From NCBI GenBank assembly GCA_039815415.1, contig JBCBZH010000001.1, positions 1 through 51,727 of the forward strand: DNA of 51,727 nucleotides, read 5' to 3'. Position 1 is the first letter of the stretch. Each line of letters begins with the position of its first letter. This document shows positions 31,230 to 40,486 of the stretch, in pieces. The notes beneath the pieces are model-generated. The model searched no databases and was not told the DNA's origin. It saw only the letters and a list, made by a program, of their open reading frames with translations. Position numbers and translations under genes: made by a program. Origin of the DNA: Bacteroidota bacterium (lineage in GTDB: Bacteria; Bacteroidota; Rhodothermia; Rhodothermales; Rubricoccaceae).

Positions 31230-32351
31230 TTAGATCACGTCACCTGCGACGTCCGCCGCCGTCGCGCCGGAGAGCAGGCGCAGACTCGCAGGCTCGGCGC
31301 GTTGCATCAGCATGTCCAGCGACAGGCTCACCAGCTCGCCCATCGTGTCCGCGGTGCGGAAGGCAGGATCATCGTAATGCTCTGCAAGCGTGGCGCCGAG
31401 CCCGGCGACGTAGGCAGGCGGCGCGATAATGTCCTCGCGCATGACCTCCATCAACTCCTCGTAGCGCCGGTGACCTACGCGGAGGCGGCCCGCCATCAGT
31501 GCGCGCTCCTCGCGCTGGTACTGGTTCACTGTAGGCTCGGTAAGCTGTTCGAGCCCGAAGGCGATCACCGGGTTGTTCTGCGGGAAGAACTGCGGCAGGT
31601 AGACCTGACGGCGCGGGTGGTGACTCTGCTGGTCGAAGTCGATGGCGCGGATGCGGAAGTGCAGCTTCTCGAAGTCCGGCGTGATGTCCACGACCCAGTT
31701 GCCCGCGTGCATGTCGCCCAGCAGGCGCACGAAGCAGCGCTCGTTGAACTTGACGAACTCCTTCGCCAGCCGGACCTGATCGAACCGGTTGTCGGGCAGC
31801 GCGTCGCGGATAAACGCGTCACCTGGAAGACCGATGATGTGCTCCTCGATGAGCGTCTGGTCTCGTACGTCTGGCCCGTCTACACGGGCGAGGAAGTTGA
31901 TGGGGTTGGGCGAGAGGATGTGCTCCAGTTCGAGGCCGTAGGCCCGGCTGGCGTCGGCGCGCTTGACGTAGAAGTAGTCGAAGTTCTCGTTTAACCGGTT
32001 GACAATCCGAACGCGGAACGGTGCCGTGTTGCCGTAGAGGCACAGGTCGATGCGGTCCACGTACAGGTGCTCGACCGTCGAGATGTCACCGCCGGACTTG
32101 AGAAGCGCATACGTGAGCTTCAGTGCCTTGTGGATCTCGGCCTGCTCACTGGGCCCGTAGTAGACCGAACTCCAGAGCGTATCGTCGCCCTGCTCGTCGT
32201 AGAGCGGGATCTGGCCCGCGAAGCGCTCGATGTCATCGTAGCGCACGCCGCCCTGCACCAGTCGCCCGTAGCGGTCGAGGTACTCGGTCAAGAAGTCGCC
32301 GATGGGGTAGGCGGGCTTCTTACGGGAGATCAGGTTACGGCGGCCGTCCAC
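31230..32351 (-). CDS. Hypothetical protein with protein-kinase-like catalytic-loop-like motifs
   Basis: 373 aa with a GTG start. LLGDMHAGNWVV resembles the HxDxxxxN catalytic loop of ABC1/APH-type kinases, and IRAIDFD resembles a DFG-type metal-binding motif. This is pattern similarity only. Confidence 0.45.
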   Translation of the reverse strand: MDGRRNLISRKKPAYPIGDFLTEYLDRYGRLVQGGVRYDDIERFAGQIPLYDEQGDDTLWSSVYYGPSEQAEIHKALKLTYALLKSGGDISTVEHLYVDRIDLCLYGNTAPFRVRIVNRLNENFDYFYVKRADASRAYGLELEHILSPNPINFLARVDGPDVRDQTLIEEHIIGLPGDAFIRDALPDNRFDQVRLAKEFVKFNERCFVRLLGDMHAGNWVVDITPDFEKLHFRIRAIDFDQQSHHPRRQVYLPQFFPQNNPVIAFGLEQLTEPTVNQYQREERALMAGRLRVGHRRYEELMEVMREDIIAPPAYVAGLGATLAEHYDDPAFRTADTMGELVSLSLDMLMQRAEPASLRLLSGATAADVAGDVI

Positions 32352-32389
32352 AAGCAGTCAGGAGCGAGGCACCTAAACATCGGAAGGAA

Positions 32390-32421
32390 TCGCCAACTCG
32401 ACCAATCCCTCGAGCTGGTGA
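32390..32421. repeat. Inverted pair of the 13-mer motif (TCGCCAACTCGA / TCGAGCTGGTGA) directly abutting the bshA stop codon
   Basis: Read directly. The right arm ends at 32421 and the stop codon occupies 32422-32424. Confidence 0.75.
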
Positions 32422-33597
32422 CTACGCTGCGACGCCCTCGACGACGTTCGCGTAGTGGGCCTCGTACCGTGGCACAATCCGGTCGATGTCGAACACGTCC
32501 ACGGCGCGCTGGCGAGCGTTCGCAGCCATGCGGGCGTGCAGTTCAGGGGTCATCAGGATCTCGCGAGCAGCAGCCGTCATGCCATCGACGTCACCGAGAG
32601 GGCGGAGGAAGCCGGTCTCGCCGTCGATGTTCAGCTCGGGGATGCCGCCGATGTCGGAGGTGAGCGCGGGCACCTCACAGGCCATCGCCTCGAGGGCCGC
32701 CAGCCCGAAGGTCTCGCTGCCCGAGGGCATCATGAACAGGTCTGCGATGGAGAGGATCTCCTCGACGGGCTCCTGCTTGCCGATGAACCGAACGTCGGAC
32801 CAGACGCCGTGCTCTCGGGCGAGAACCTCGCACGCGGCGCGGTCGGGGCCGTCGCCCACCATCAGGAGCTTGACGCCACCAGACGTGCCGTGGCATCGGT
32901 GGCCTTCGGGCCAGACGCCTTCCTTGTGAAGCCGCGCGAACACTTCCACCACGTCCGACGCCCGCTTCACCTTCCGGAAGTTGGAGACGTGCACCGTCAG
33001 GCGCTCGCCGTCCGGCGCGATGGCACGCTTGAAGTGATCCTTCGATGTTCGCTTGAACCGCTCGGTGTCCACGAAGTTGGGAATCACCTCAACCTCCTGA
33101 GAGATATCGAACGAGTCCAGGGTCTCGCGCCGGAGCCAGTCGCTCACGGAGGTCACCCCGTCGGACTGGTTGATGGCGTGCTCCACGACCGGCTTGTAGC
33201 TCGCGTCTTTCCCGACGAGGGTGATGTCGGTGCCGTGCAGCGTGGTCACGACCGGGATGCGGTGCCCATTCCGGCACAGAATGTCGCGCGCCATCACGGC
33301 GCTGGTCGCGTGCGGGACCGCGTAGTGGACGTGGAGCAGGTCCAGCTTCTCGTGCGTCACCACGTCGATCATCTTCGACGCCAGCGCGAGCGCGTAGGGC
33401 GGATACTCGAACAGCGGATACGTGTTGACACGCACCTCGTGGAAGAACACATTCTCAGCCACGTGCTCCAGCCGGAGCGGCAGCGCGTAGGCGATGAAGT
33501 GGACGGTGTGGCCGCGCTGGGCGAGCGCCTTCCCCAACTCCGTGGCGACCACGCCGGAGCCGCCGAAGGTGGGGTAACAGGTAATTCCAATCGTCAT
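32422..33597 (-). CDS. bshA: N-acetyl-alpha-D-glucosaminyl L-malate synthase (bacillithiol biosynthesis glycosyltransferase)
   Basis: The N-terminus IGITCYPTFGGSGVVATELGKALAQRGH is characteristic of BshA. GT4 C-terminal ETFGLAALEAMAC motif. Confidence 0.8.
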   Translation of the reverse strand: MTIGITCYPTFGGSGVVATELGKALAQRGHTVHFIAYALPLRLEHVAENVFFHEVRVNTYPLFEYPPYALALASKMIDVVTHEKLDLLHVHYAVPHATSAVMARDILCRNGHRIPVVTTLHGTDITLVGKDASYKPVVEHAINQSDGVTSVSDWLRRETLDSFDISQEVEVIPNFVDTERFKRTSKDHFKRAIAPDGERLTVHVSNFRKVKRASDVVEVFARLHKEGVWPEGHRCHGTSGGVKLLMVGDGPDRAACEVLAREHGVWSDVRFIGKQEPVEEILSIADLFMMPSGSETFGLAALEAMACEVPALTSDIGGIPELNIDGETGFLRPLGDVDGMTAAAREILMTPELHARMAANARQRAVDVFDIDRIVPRYEAHYANVVEGVAA

Positions 33598-33714
33598 GGG
33601 GGCCGAACGCCAGAGCCGGGGTGGTGTTGCGAGGAGAGCACGTATCGAGCGGTCTACCGACTGCGCTCAGTGAGATAGAACTTCCGCCGTTGGTATCCAA
33701 CCTCCTCCATCCAC

Positions 33715-33836
33715 GTCATTCTGAGCGCAGCGAAGAATCTCGCTGTCCCTAGCGCTCGGCTCCCTAGGGGCAAAACGCTGCCACGCGACCAGATCCTTCG
33801 CACCACCGCCCGTCGGGCGAGCGGGCTCAGGATGAC
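33715..33836. repeat. Palindromic REP/MITE-like element of the GTCATYCTGAGCG...GGATCT family
   Basis: The left arm GTCATTCTGAGCGCAGCGAAGAATCTCG is inverted relative to the right arm AGATCCTTCG...GCTCAGGATGAC. Confidence 0.75.
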
Positions 33837-33867
33837 ATTTTGGTTGAAGTGCGTAACTCCTATGAGA

Positions 33868-33931
33868 GATGCGTGATTCGAGATGGGTTGAGGTCTCTAC
33901 GGAGCACCCTCGCGCATCCCGAATCACGCAT
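33868..33931. repeat. Inverted repeat of the GATGCGTGATTCG family (18-bp arms, one mismatch)
   Basis: GATGCGTGATTCGAGATG (33868-33885) matches the reverse complement of 33914-33931, GATGCGTGATTCGGGATG. Confidence 0.75.
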
Positions 33932-33963
33932 CAGAGCCAGAAGGGCTGACTCGATCTGGCGAT

Positions 33964-34467
33964 CTAGAACTTCCGCAGACCGATCTTGAGCTGCACGTCA
34001 GCGCTGGTCACGCCCTGGTAGTCATTGTTGATGTCTTCGAGGTTGACACCGGGCTGGAAGACCTCCGCTCTGAGCCGGTCTCCGCCGCCTTCGAAGACGA
34101 TGGTGCCTGGCATGTAGAAGGACTCCAAGCGACGGTCATCGTCGAAGTTGACGCGGACATCCCGGCCGTTGACCTCATACGAACCGGTGCTGAGCACTTC
34201 TTCGACAGAGTTCTCACCAACCCGCTCGAGCGTGGCAATGCCCCCCAGCTCGAGGTTTAGCACCACGTTGTCACCGAGCACGTCGCGGAGCAGGTCAACG
34301 TCCCGGACAGCGCCTGAGGTGGGAGCCATCGTGTACTCCGTGAACTGGTAGCGCCCGGAGACCTCAAGAGCCGTGAGATCGGATTGGCCGAACAGGCCAA
34401 AGCCGCCGCAGCCCGACACCGGAAGGACGAGGGCGACGAGGAGAAGAGAAAGCAGGGAGACGCGCAT
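33964..34467 (-). CDS. Lipoprotein of unknown function
   Basis: Lipobox VLPVSGC after a hydrophobic leader; 167 aa, beta-rich. Confidence 0.6.
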   Translation of the reverse strand: MRVSLLSLLLVALVLPVSGCGGFGLFGQSDLTALEVSGRYQFTEYTMAPTSGAVRDVDLLRDVLGDNVVLNLELGGIATLERVGENSVEEVLSTGSYEVNGRDVRVNFDDDRRLESFYMPGTIVFEGGGDRLRAEVFQPGVNLEDINNDYQGVTSADVQLKIGLRKF

Positions 34468-34695
34468 GGGGAAGAAGGAGGTAGCAGTGGGATGAAGCCA
34501 GACGATACCTGGGGGCCTTGCGGGGCGGCTGAAGCAGGGCTGTGCGGTGGGCGGTGGACTCCGGTCGTCCGTTGAGCCTTGTGCATCAGGGCATAGGCCC
34601 CTATCGTCTGGTCTGTACAGCGATTAGATACGGCGGACGACGCAATGTGCGCCGGTCATTCGAGTACGTTCTTTTCTCCCCATCCGGTCCCTCCC

Positions 34696-35286
34696 ATGAC
34701 CGCCTCTCTCCGTTTCTTCCTTCTTCTGGCCCTACTCGCCAGCGCGACGGCTCCCGCTCAGGCTCAGTTCGGCATCACTGGCGGCGCCAATTTCTCCGAC
34801 CTCGGCGATGCCCGCGCCGCAGACTTTAACCAGTCCACGGGCTGGCACGTGGGGATCTATGGGCAGGCCAAGCTGGCCGTCGTAGGGGTTCGCGCCTCCG
34901 TGCTCTACATGGACGCTGGGAATGCTCAGTTGCTCTGCACCAACCTCTTCGACGAGTGCGGCTTGGCCTCCATCGTTCCCACCGCACCGGTCGATCTGGT
35001 GTCGGTGCCGCTGGACCTCCAGCTCCGCTTGCCCCTCGGGGTGGGTGCGCTCTACGTGGCGGGCGGGCCGGACTTCCGGTTTCCCATCGAGGACGGGCGC
35101 CCGGTGTTCGACGCCCGGCAGGTGAACGTCGCTGCGAGCGGCGCGGCAGGCGTCGAGCTGGCGAATGTGTTTCTCGAGTTGCGCTACGCCCGCGATGTCA
35201 CCAGCTACGCGCAGGACCTCGGCGCAGACACCGTAACGGACTACGAGCTGAACACGGTGATGCTCCGCGCCGGGATCGGACTGTGA
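34696..35286 (+). CDS. Small outer-membrane beta-barrel (OmpW/porin-family-like) protein
   Basis: Signal peptide MTASLRFFLLLALLASATAPAQA, a mature N-terminus FGITGGANFS and alternating strands. The start is set at ATG 34696. Confidence 0.65.
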   Translation: MTASLRFFLLLALLASATAPAQAQFGITGGANFSDLGDARAADFNQSTGWHVGIYGQAKLAVVGVRASVLYMDAGNAQLLCTNLFDECGLASIVPTAPVDLVSVPLDLQLRLPLGVGALYVAGGPDFRFPIEDGRPVFDARQVNVAASGAAGVELANVFLELRYARDVTSYAQDLGADTVTDYELNTVMLRAGIGL

Positions 35287-35349
35287 GCGAGTGAAGAGCC
35301 AGGGGTGATGAGAAGAGGCTCTCTTGCTCATCACCCGTCGCGCATCGCC

Positions 35350-36537
35350 CTAGAACCGGAGAATCGCTGCCGTGGGGCCGTGCTTGCGGAGGGCCTCCTT
35401 GGCGGGTTCGCTGCGCACCAGCTCGAGGCTGGCGCCCTGGGCCATCGCTTTGTCCAGCATGTGTTCCACGAGGTCGCCGACGGGCTCGATCGCGCCACCG
35501 GTGGCCGCATAGGTGCCGTCGGTCTCGGAGGTCAGCATCTCGGCCGTCGGCTCGATGCCACCAGGAACCCGCACATCGTCGTCAACCAGGAGCGTCATCA
35601 CGCGCTGCTGGTTGAGCATGTCCAGCGTGTCATCGAGCCCAGCCACGGCACGTGTAGAGAGCAATTCCTCCACCTTGCCGATGGTTTCCATCTCTTCGCG
35701 GGCCTCTACCTCGCGCTGAATGGGATCGGCGGCGGCAGCCAGCTCGGCGGTGGTCACGTTGGTGTCGCACGCAAAGGATGCGGAGACGCGCTGGCGCGTG
35801 GCTTGGTCGAGGCGGTCGAGGAAGTCAGCCTCCATGTCGGCCGGCGCGGAGTAGATCACGTGGCGCGCGCTGAGGGTCTCGGTGATGAGCTGCAGCGCGT
35901 GGGCGCTTCGCTGCGCCTGGGTCTTGCGGAGGTCTGCCTTGATGTCCTGACGCTGGTCTTTCGTCGCGAAGTCTGTGACAGCCATCTCCTCGCCGGCCAT
36001 CTCATAGACCTCCTCCACCAGCCCGATCTGGGCGAAGAAAAAGCGACTCTTGTGAGCCGAGAGCAGCGCGATCACAAAGCGGTCGTTCTCGTCTCGGATG
36101 CGGGCCAGCGGCCGGATGTACGAGCGGCGGTCCAGGTGAACCGTGTTGGGCAGCTCGATGGCCGTTCCGAGCTGGCGAAACAGGCCCAGGGACTCGCATG
36201 CGAAGAAGGCGATTCCGTTTCCGGTGCGGGGCAGACCGGCCTGAAGGGCGGCTTCGATCCGCGCCAGCTCGCTCTTGACCTGGTGGCGGTTCTCGGCCGA
36301 GCTGGCGGCGAGGGCCCGGTCTCGGAGGTCCTTGAATCCGGTGATCCACGAGTCGCCGACGCGCATCTCGGGCTTCAGGGCCATGTAGAGGCTGACAATG
36401 GGGGCACTTTCAGACTGCAGGTCGTTCAGTTCCTGCAGGTGGTCGGGCGAGAGAAAGTGGTAGCCTGGCGTGGTGATCCGGCGGCGCAGTTCCGCGAGCA
36501 GCTCGTCACGGGCGTCAGGCGTCAGCGTGGTAGACAT
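35350..36537 (-). CDS. Bacterial eRF1/Pelota-like (baeRF/VLRF1-type) protein
   Basis: 395 aa starting MSTTLTPDARDE at ATG 36537. The three-part layout and the C-terminal end (...ALRKHGPTAAILRF) resemble eRF1/Pelota domain 3. The ORF-track extension from 36538 to 38106 is antisense to the next gene and is rejected. Confidence 0.5.
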   Translation of the reverse strand: MSTTLTPDARDELLAELRRRITTPGYHFLSPDHLQELNDLQSESAPIVSLYMALKPEMRVGDSWITGFKDLRDRALAASSAENRHQVKSELARIEAALQAGLPRTGNGIAFFACESLGLFRQLGTAIELPNTVHLDRRSYIRPLARIRDENDRFVIALLSAHKSRFFFAQIGLVEEVYEMAGEEMAVTDFATKDQRQDIKADLRKTQAQRSAHALQLITETLSARHVIYSAPADMEADFLDRLDQATRQRVSASFACDTNVTTAELAAAADPIQREVEAREEMETIGKVEELLSTRAVAGLDDTLDMLNQQRVMTLLVDDDVRVPGGIEPTAEMLTSETDGTYAATGGAIEPVGDLVEHMLDKAMAQGASLELVRSEPAKEALRKHGPTAAILRF

Positions 36538-36756
36538 AGATGGGAGGATCAATGAGGCGAGCAGGGCAGGAGCAACCGCACAGGAATCGATCAGAGCGGC
36601 CGCGACCCGATCGCGGAGGAGGGACACGTGGGTGGCGGGATTGAATGGAGAATAGGTGCCCTGGGATCCAGTTGGGCCTCGTCTTTCGGGTGGCGTGAGC
36701 CGTTGCGAGCAGTTTTCTCGGTTGAGACCGTGACCCCCTCTTTCTCCCTTCGATCC

Positions 36757-38514
36757 ATGCGCATTGCGTCTCTCATCATTCTCCTTGGATTGGCTCCTGT
36801 AGCCCTCGCTCAACCCACCTTTGTCAACGCCGTAACCGGCTCTGAAGAGATCGCGGTTGAAGGCGTGGCGGCAGACGCTGCCGGGAACGTCTACATCACG
36901 GGCCATTTTGAAGGCACCGTCGATCTCGACCCCAGCGACGGGCCCGATGCCGAGGACTCCTTCACCGCGATCGGCCTTCGCCAGCCCAACGCCTTTGTGG
37001 CGAGCTACACGTCTGCGGGCGCCTATCGGTGGGGCTATGGCTTCGGCGGCACGACGAGCGACATCGGAAACAGCATCGCCACGGATGGGACGCGTGTCTA
37101 CGTGGTGGGAGGCTTCCGGAGTTCGGCGGGCATGGACGTAGAGCCAGGCGCTGGCGAGACCGTGCTGACGCCGGAAGGAGGCAACGATGCCTTCGTTGTG
37201 GCTTACGCGGCCTCCACAGGTGCGCTGGAATGGGCCTTCAATCTCGGCGGCGTCGGGGCTGACAACGTGTTCGACGTGGCGACGGATGGCGACCGGGTGT
37301 ACCTCGGCGGCGTCTTCGAGGACCCGATGGACATCGACCCCGGTGCAGGTACCACCACGCTGGACGGCTTTACGGATCAGGTCAACGCCTTCATGGCTGC
37401 CTACGCTGCTGACGATGGCACCTTCGTCTGGGGGCATGACTTCTTTGGTCCGGCCATCACGCAAAGCCTCGGCATCGGGACGGACGGTGACGGCGCGTAC
37501 GTCACGGGCTCGCTGCGTGGCACGGCGGACTTCGACCCGAGTGGTGGGACGGCCGAGCTGACCGGCTCCACGGAGACCGGGGGTGCCACGGCAACGGAAG
37601 ACGTGTTCGTGGCTGCCTACGACGCCAGCTCGGGCGCGTACCGCTGGGCCCACCTCATCTCGGGACCCAACGGCCAGAGAGGCTTCACCATCGACGCCGA
37701 TGGCGATCAGGTGTACGTCGGAGGCGGGCTGGCGGGCTCTGCAGACTTCGACCCCGGTGCAGGAACCGCCACCCTGGAGTCCTCCGGTGTGATCAAGCCG
37801 TTCATCGCGGCGTACACGGCGAGCGCTGGCGCCTACGTGTGGGCCAACCTCCTCGACTCGACCGAGCGAGGCTCCGAGCGGACCTATGGCATCGCCGCCA
37901 TTGGCAACCGCGTGTACGCGACCGGCGCCATCCAGGGCACCATCGACTTCGATCCCGGCCCGGGAACCGTCGAGCTGACGACGGCCGGGTTCCTCGACGC
38001 TTTTCTCGTCGCCTACAACACCGCCGACGGGGCGCTGGAGGAGGCCGGGCTCATCAGTGGGACGGCCAACGAGCGGGCCTACGCCGTTGCCGTCAGCTCG
38101 ACGCACGTGATCGTGGGTGGGGACTTCTCGGCCATCAGTAGAAGCCCGGTGGACTTTGACACCGGCGCGGGCATGGAGACCCGCGTCAGCACCGGCAGCT
38201 TCGATGGCTTCCTTGCCAGCTATCCAGTCCCCGAAGGAGTGGATGCTGAATCGTCGCCAGCTCGGTTGGCCTCCCTCTCGGTCTATCCCAACCCCGGCAC
38301 ACGCGCCACGGTCGAGCTGGCGGTGGAGGCCCCTGCGTCCGTCTCCCTCACCCTGTACGATGCCCTCGGTCGCCAGCTCGAGGTTCTGTTCGAGGGCGAG
38401 GTCGTGGACGCGGTTCAGACGCAGCTGCCCGTCGGGCTGGCGCCAGGCGTGTACGTGGTGCGCGCGAGCAGCGAAGGCCTGGCGGAAAGCGTTCGCGTGA
38501 CCGTGCTGCGGTGA
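36757..38514 (+). CDS. Secreted beta-propeller-repeat protein with a T9SS C-terminal sorting domain
   Basis: Signal peptide MRIASLIILLGLAPVALAQ. Repeats of the type G..D.FVAAY...G...W recur about every 50 aa. The C-terminus LSVYPNPGTRATVEL...LYDALGRQL...GVYVVRA is typical of a type-A T9SS CTD. Confidence 0.8.
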   Translation: MRIASLIILLGLAPVALAQPTFVNAVTGSEEIAVEGVAADAAGNVYITGHFEGTVDLDPSDGPDAEDSFTAIGLRQPNAFVASYTSAGAYRWGYGFGGTTSDIGNSIATDGTRVYVVGGFRSSAGMDVEPGAGETVLTPEGGNDAFVVAYAASTGALEWAFNLGGVGADNVFDVATDGDRVYLGGVFEDPMDIDPGAGTTTLDGFTDQVNAFMAAYAADDGTFVWGHDFFGPAITQSLGIGTDGDGAYVTGSLRGTADFDPSGGTAELTGSTETGGATATEDVFVAAYDASSGAYRWAHLISGPNGQRGFTIDADGDQVYVGGGLAGSADFDPGAGTATLESSGVIKPFIAAYTASAGAYVWANLLDSTERGSERTYGIAAIGNRVYATGAIQGTIDFDPGPGTVELTTAGFLDAFLVAYNTADGALEEAGLISGTANERAYAVAVSSTHVIVGGDFSAISRSPVDFDTGAGMETRVSTGSFDGFLASYPVPEGVDAESSPARLASLSVYPNPGTRATVELAVEAPASVSLTLYDALGRQLEVLFEGEVVDAVQTQLPVGLAPGVYVVRASSEGLAESVRVTVLR

Positions 38515-38530
38515 GATTCAGAGATCGACT

Positions 38531-38547
38531 CCTCCCTTCGAGGGAGG
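38531..38547 (+). other. Short stem-loop CCTCCCT-tcg-AGGGAGG 17 nt after the stop of the T9SS-sorted gene
   Basis: Read directly. Confidence 0.5.
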
Positions 38548-38620
38548 TGGCCGCAAAGCGGTCGGAGGGTGTTCTCAACCTTGCGAGCTAGCGACGACAC
38601 CCCCACCCGCTCCGCGGGAG

Positions 38621-38642
38621 CCCCCTCAAAGGGGGCGTTTTT
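38621..38642 (+). terminator. Candidate intrinsic terminator (CCCCC-tcaaa-GGGGG followed by CGTTTTT)
   Basis: GC stem followed by a run of 5 T on the + strand, downstream of the 36757-38514 gene. Confidence 0.5.
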
Positions 38643-38699
38643 GAATCCATCGCCTATATCCGAACAGACTCTGATACAGGGCACCTCGGTACGTTGTCC

Positions 38700-39359
38700 C
38701 TACGAGCGCTTTCCCTGTTCCGGCCTCATTCGTGCACCGAACCAGACGAAGCGGAAGAAGAGATATACGATGCCAAGGATGGCAAAAGGAGCCACCAGTT
38801 CGATCATCCAGTCGGGATAGCCGGACATCCACGGGTCAGGAATCAATCCGAGCCAAAGCAGAGCGAGGAGGATTGTGAGGGCAATCGTCCAAGTCGCGCC
38901 GGCATACAACCATGCGAGGTCGTTTAGGGAGGCGCTTTCATCCAGCTGGTCCTCCGAAATCATCTCGGCTTCCATCAGCTCGTCGAAGAGGTTCCAAAGC
39001 TCGCCGCTGTTCTCAAAAGCGCTCCAACGGAGGCCGCCGTGGCGTGCTTTGAGATAGTCGATGCCCAAGCTGGTGATGTCGTTGTATTCGATCCGCTTGT
39101 CAGCCAGAAGGCGGCGCTTGATGGTGATGACATCCGAGAAGACGATCTCGCGCGGGAGAATGAAGTAGAGGATGGCAAAGACGGAGAACGTGATGGCGAC
39201 AAACAAGCCTAGGATCAGGTTCTCCGAATCGCTCGCCATGATCCATACGCCGAGCGCTACGAATAGAAGACATGCAAGGCCTGACAGTCGAGTTTTCCAC
39301 GACAGCTGTGGATGAAACACTCTGGCGGGTTCAAAGCCAGCGTTTGATTCATGCCCCAT
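38700..39359 (-). CDS. Membrane protein of unknown function in a low-GC patch
   Basis: 219 aa with about four hydrophobic helices flanking a soluble middle domain. Its ATG overlaps the upstream TGA (TGATG). A sampled 60 nt is about 52% GC. Confidence 0.55.
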   Translation of the reverse strand: MGHESNAGFEPARVFHPQLSWKTRLSGLACLLFVALGVWIMASDSENLILGLFVAITFSVFAILYFILPREIVFSDVITIKRRLLADKRIEYNDITSLGIDYLKARHGGLRWSAFENSGELWNLFDELMEAEMISEDQLDESASLNDLAWLYAGATWTIALTILLALLWLGLIPDPWMSGYPDWMIELVAPFAILGIVYLFFRFVWFGARMRPEQGKRS

Positions 39360-40384
39360 CAGTTCAGCGTCACCACCACCGGGAAGTGGTCGCTCACGCG
39401 GCGTGGGTCGTGGACGGGTGCGAACCGCACCTCCCGGACGCGCTCGTAGAGACCCTTCGAGAGCAAGACGTGGTCGATGGCGCTTAACTCGCCCTCGTCG
39501 ATCTGGTCGTTGCCGTTGCGGTCGTAGAGCGCCGTGTAGCGCTCCGCCTGCGGCACATCGCCCATCACGTTCACCAGATCGTCGGCGTCGCCGGGGCCCA
39601 CGCGCTTGATGCGTTCCATCACGTCGGTGATGGGCGTGGAGCCGCGCCGGTCGAGCACGGCGTCGTCGAAGTCGTTGAAGTCTCCCAGGACGATGAGCTG
39701 GCGCCCGGCGGCAGCCTCCTGTTCGGCGAGCTGGCGGATGACCTCAGCCTGTGCCTCGCGGCGGTCGCGGCGCTCCACGTCGTCCGGGCGGGCCAGGAAG
39801 TGAACGCCGATGATCGTGACCGGCACCATCTCGTCTCCCAACGGCAGGTCCATCCGCGCCCAGAGGTTCTTCGAGACGCCGTACGTGCGGTCGCTGACGC
39901 CGACGGGCACGCGAACGCCCGTGCGCCCGGTCTCCTGCACGGGCACGCGCGAGAGCAGGCCGACGTCCTGTCCGGTGAAGTCATCCAGTCCATCCACCAG
40001 ATGCGCGGTGAAGCCGAGGTCGGCCAGCGACTCGTCGGCCATGCGCTGCAGCGTGCTCAGGTTCTCGGTTTCAGGAACGAGCAGGATGTCGACGTCGAGC
40101 TTTCGGATGGAGCGGGCGACGGCGTCGCGGTGGGCGCGAGCCTTGGCGGGATCGCCTTTCCAGTCGAAGGTGGCCTCGCCCTCGTCCCCCTCGCCATCGA
40201 ACAGAAACTCACCATTGAGCGTCCCGATGCGGAGCCCGTCGGTGCGCCACTCCACCGTATAGACCACGGCGAACGGGGGAGGTGCGTTCGAGCTGGTGGT
40301 GGGAGCCGGGCTCGAGCACCGGGCTGCTGAGATCGCCAGCCCGACGATGAGGAGGACCGGAAGAGTGGGCGCGAATCGGGGCAC
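39359..40384 (-). CDS. Exported endonuclease/exonuclease/phosphatase (EEP) family protein
   Basis: Hydrophobic leader with Cys (GLAISAARCSS). EEP-like blocks (LLVPETEN, VTIIGVHF, IVLGDFND, SDHFPVVVTL). GTG start. Confidence 0.7.
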   Translation of the reverse strand: MPRFAPTLPVLLIVGLAISAARCSSPAPTTSSNAPPPFAVVYTVEWRTDGLRIGTLNGEFLFDGEGDEGEATFDWKGDPAKARAHRDAVARSIRKLDVDILLVPETENLSTLQRMADESLADLGFTAHLVDGLDDFTGQDVGLLSRVPVQETGRTGVRVPVGVSDRTYGVSKNLWARMDLPLGDEMVPVTIIGVHFLARPDDVERRDRREAQAEVIRQLAEQEAAAGRQLIVLGDFNDFDDAVLDRRGSTPITDVMERIKRVGPGDADDLVNVMGDVPQAERYTALYDRNGNDQIDEGELSAIDHVLLSKGLYERVREVRFAPVHDPRRVSDHFPVVVTLN

Positions 40385-40393
40385 GGCAGAGGC

Positions 40394-40433
40394 AGAAACA
40401 GAAAACGGACGCGTCCGGGTTGGACGCGCCCGT
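40394..40433 (-). terminator. Intrinsic terminator downstream of the SleB-like gene
   Basis: The minus strand reads ACGGGCGCGTCC-aaccc-GGACGCGTCCGTTTTCTGTTTCT: a 12-bp stem with one mismatch, followed by a T-rich tail. Confidence 0.7.
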
Positions 40434-40486
40434 TGAGGGACGGTTCAGGCCGCGGACCCTGAAGGCCCTGTTCGGTCGGTGGCGAC

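Noticed and set aside
36538-38106. N-terminal 523 aa of the 918-aa ORF at 35350-38106
   Set aside because: This part is antisense to the well-supported T9SS-sorted gene (36757-38514) and is Gly/Arg/Val-rich. The credible protein starts at ATG 36537.
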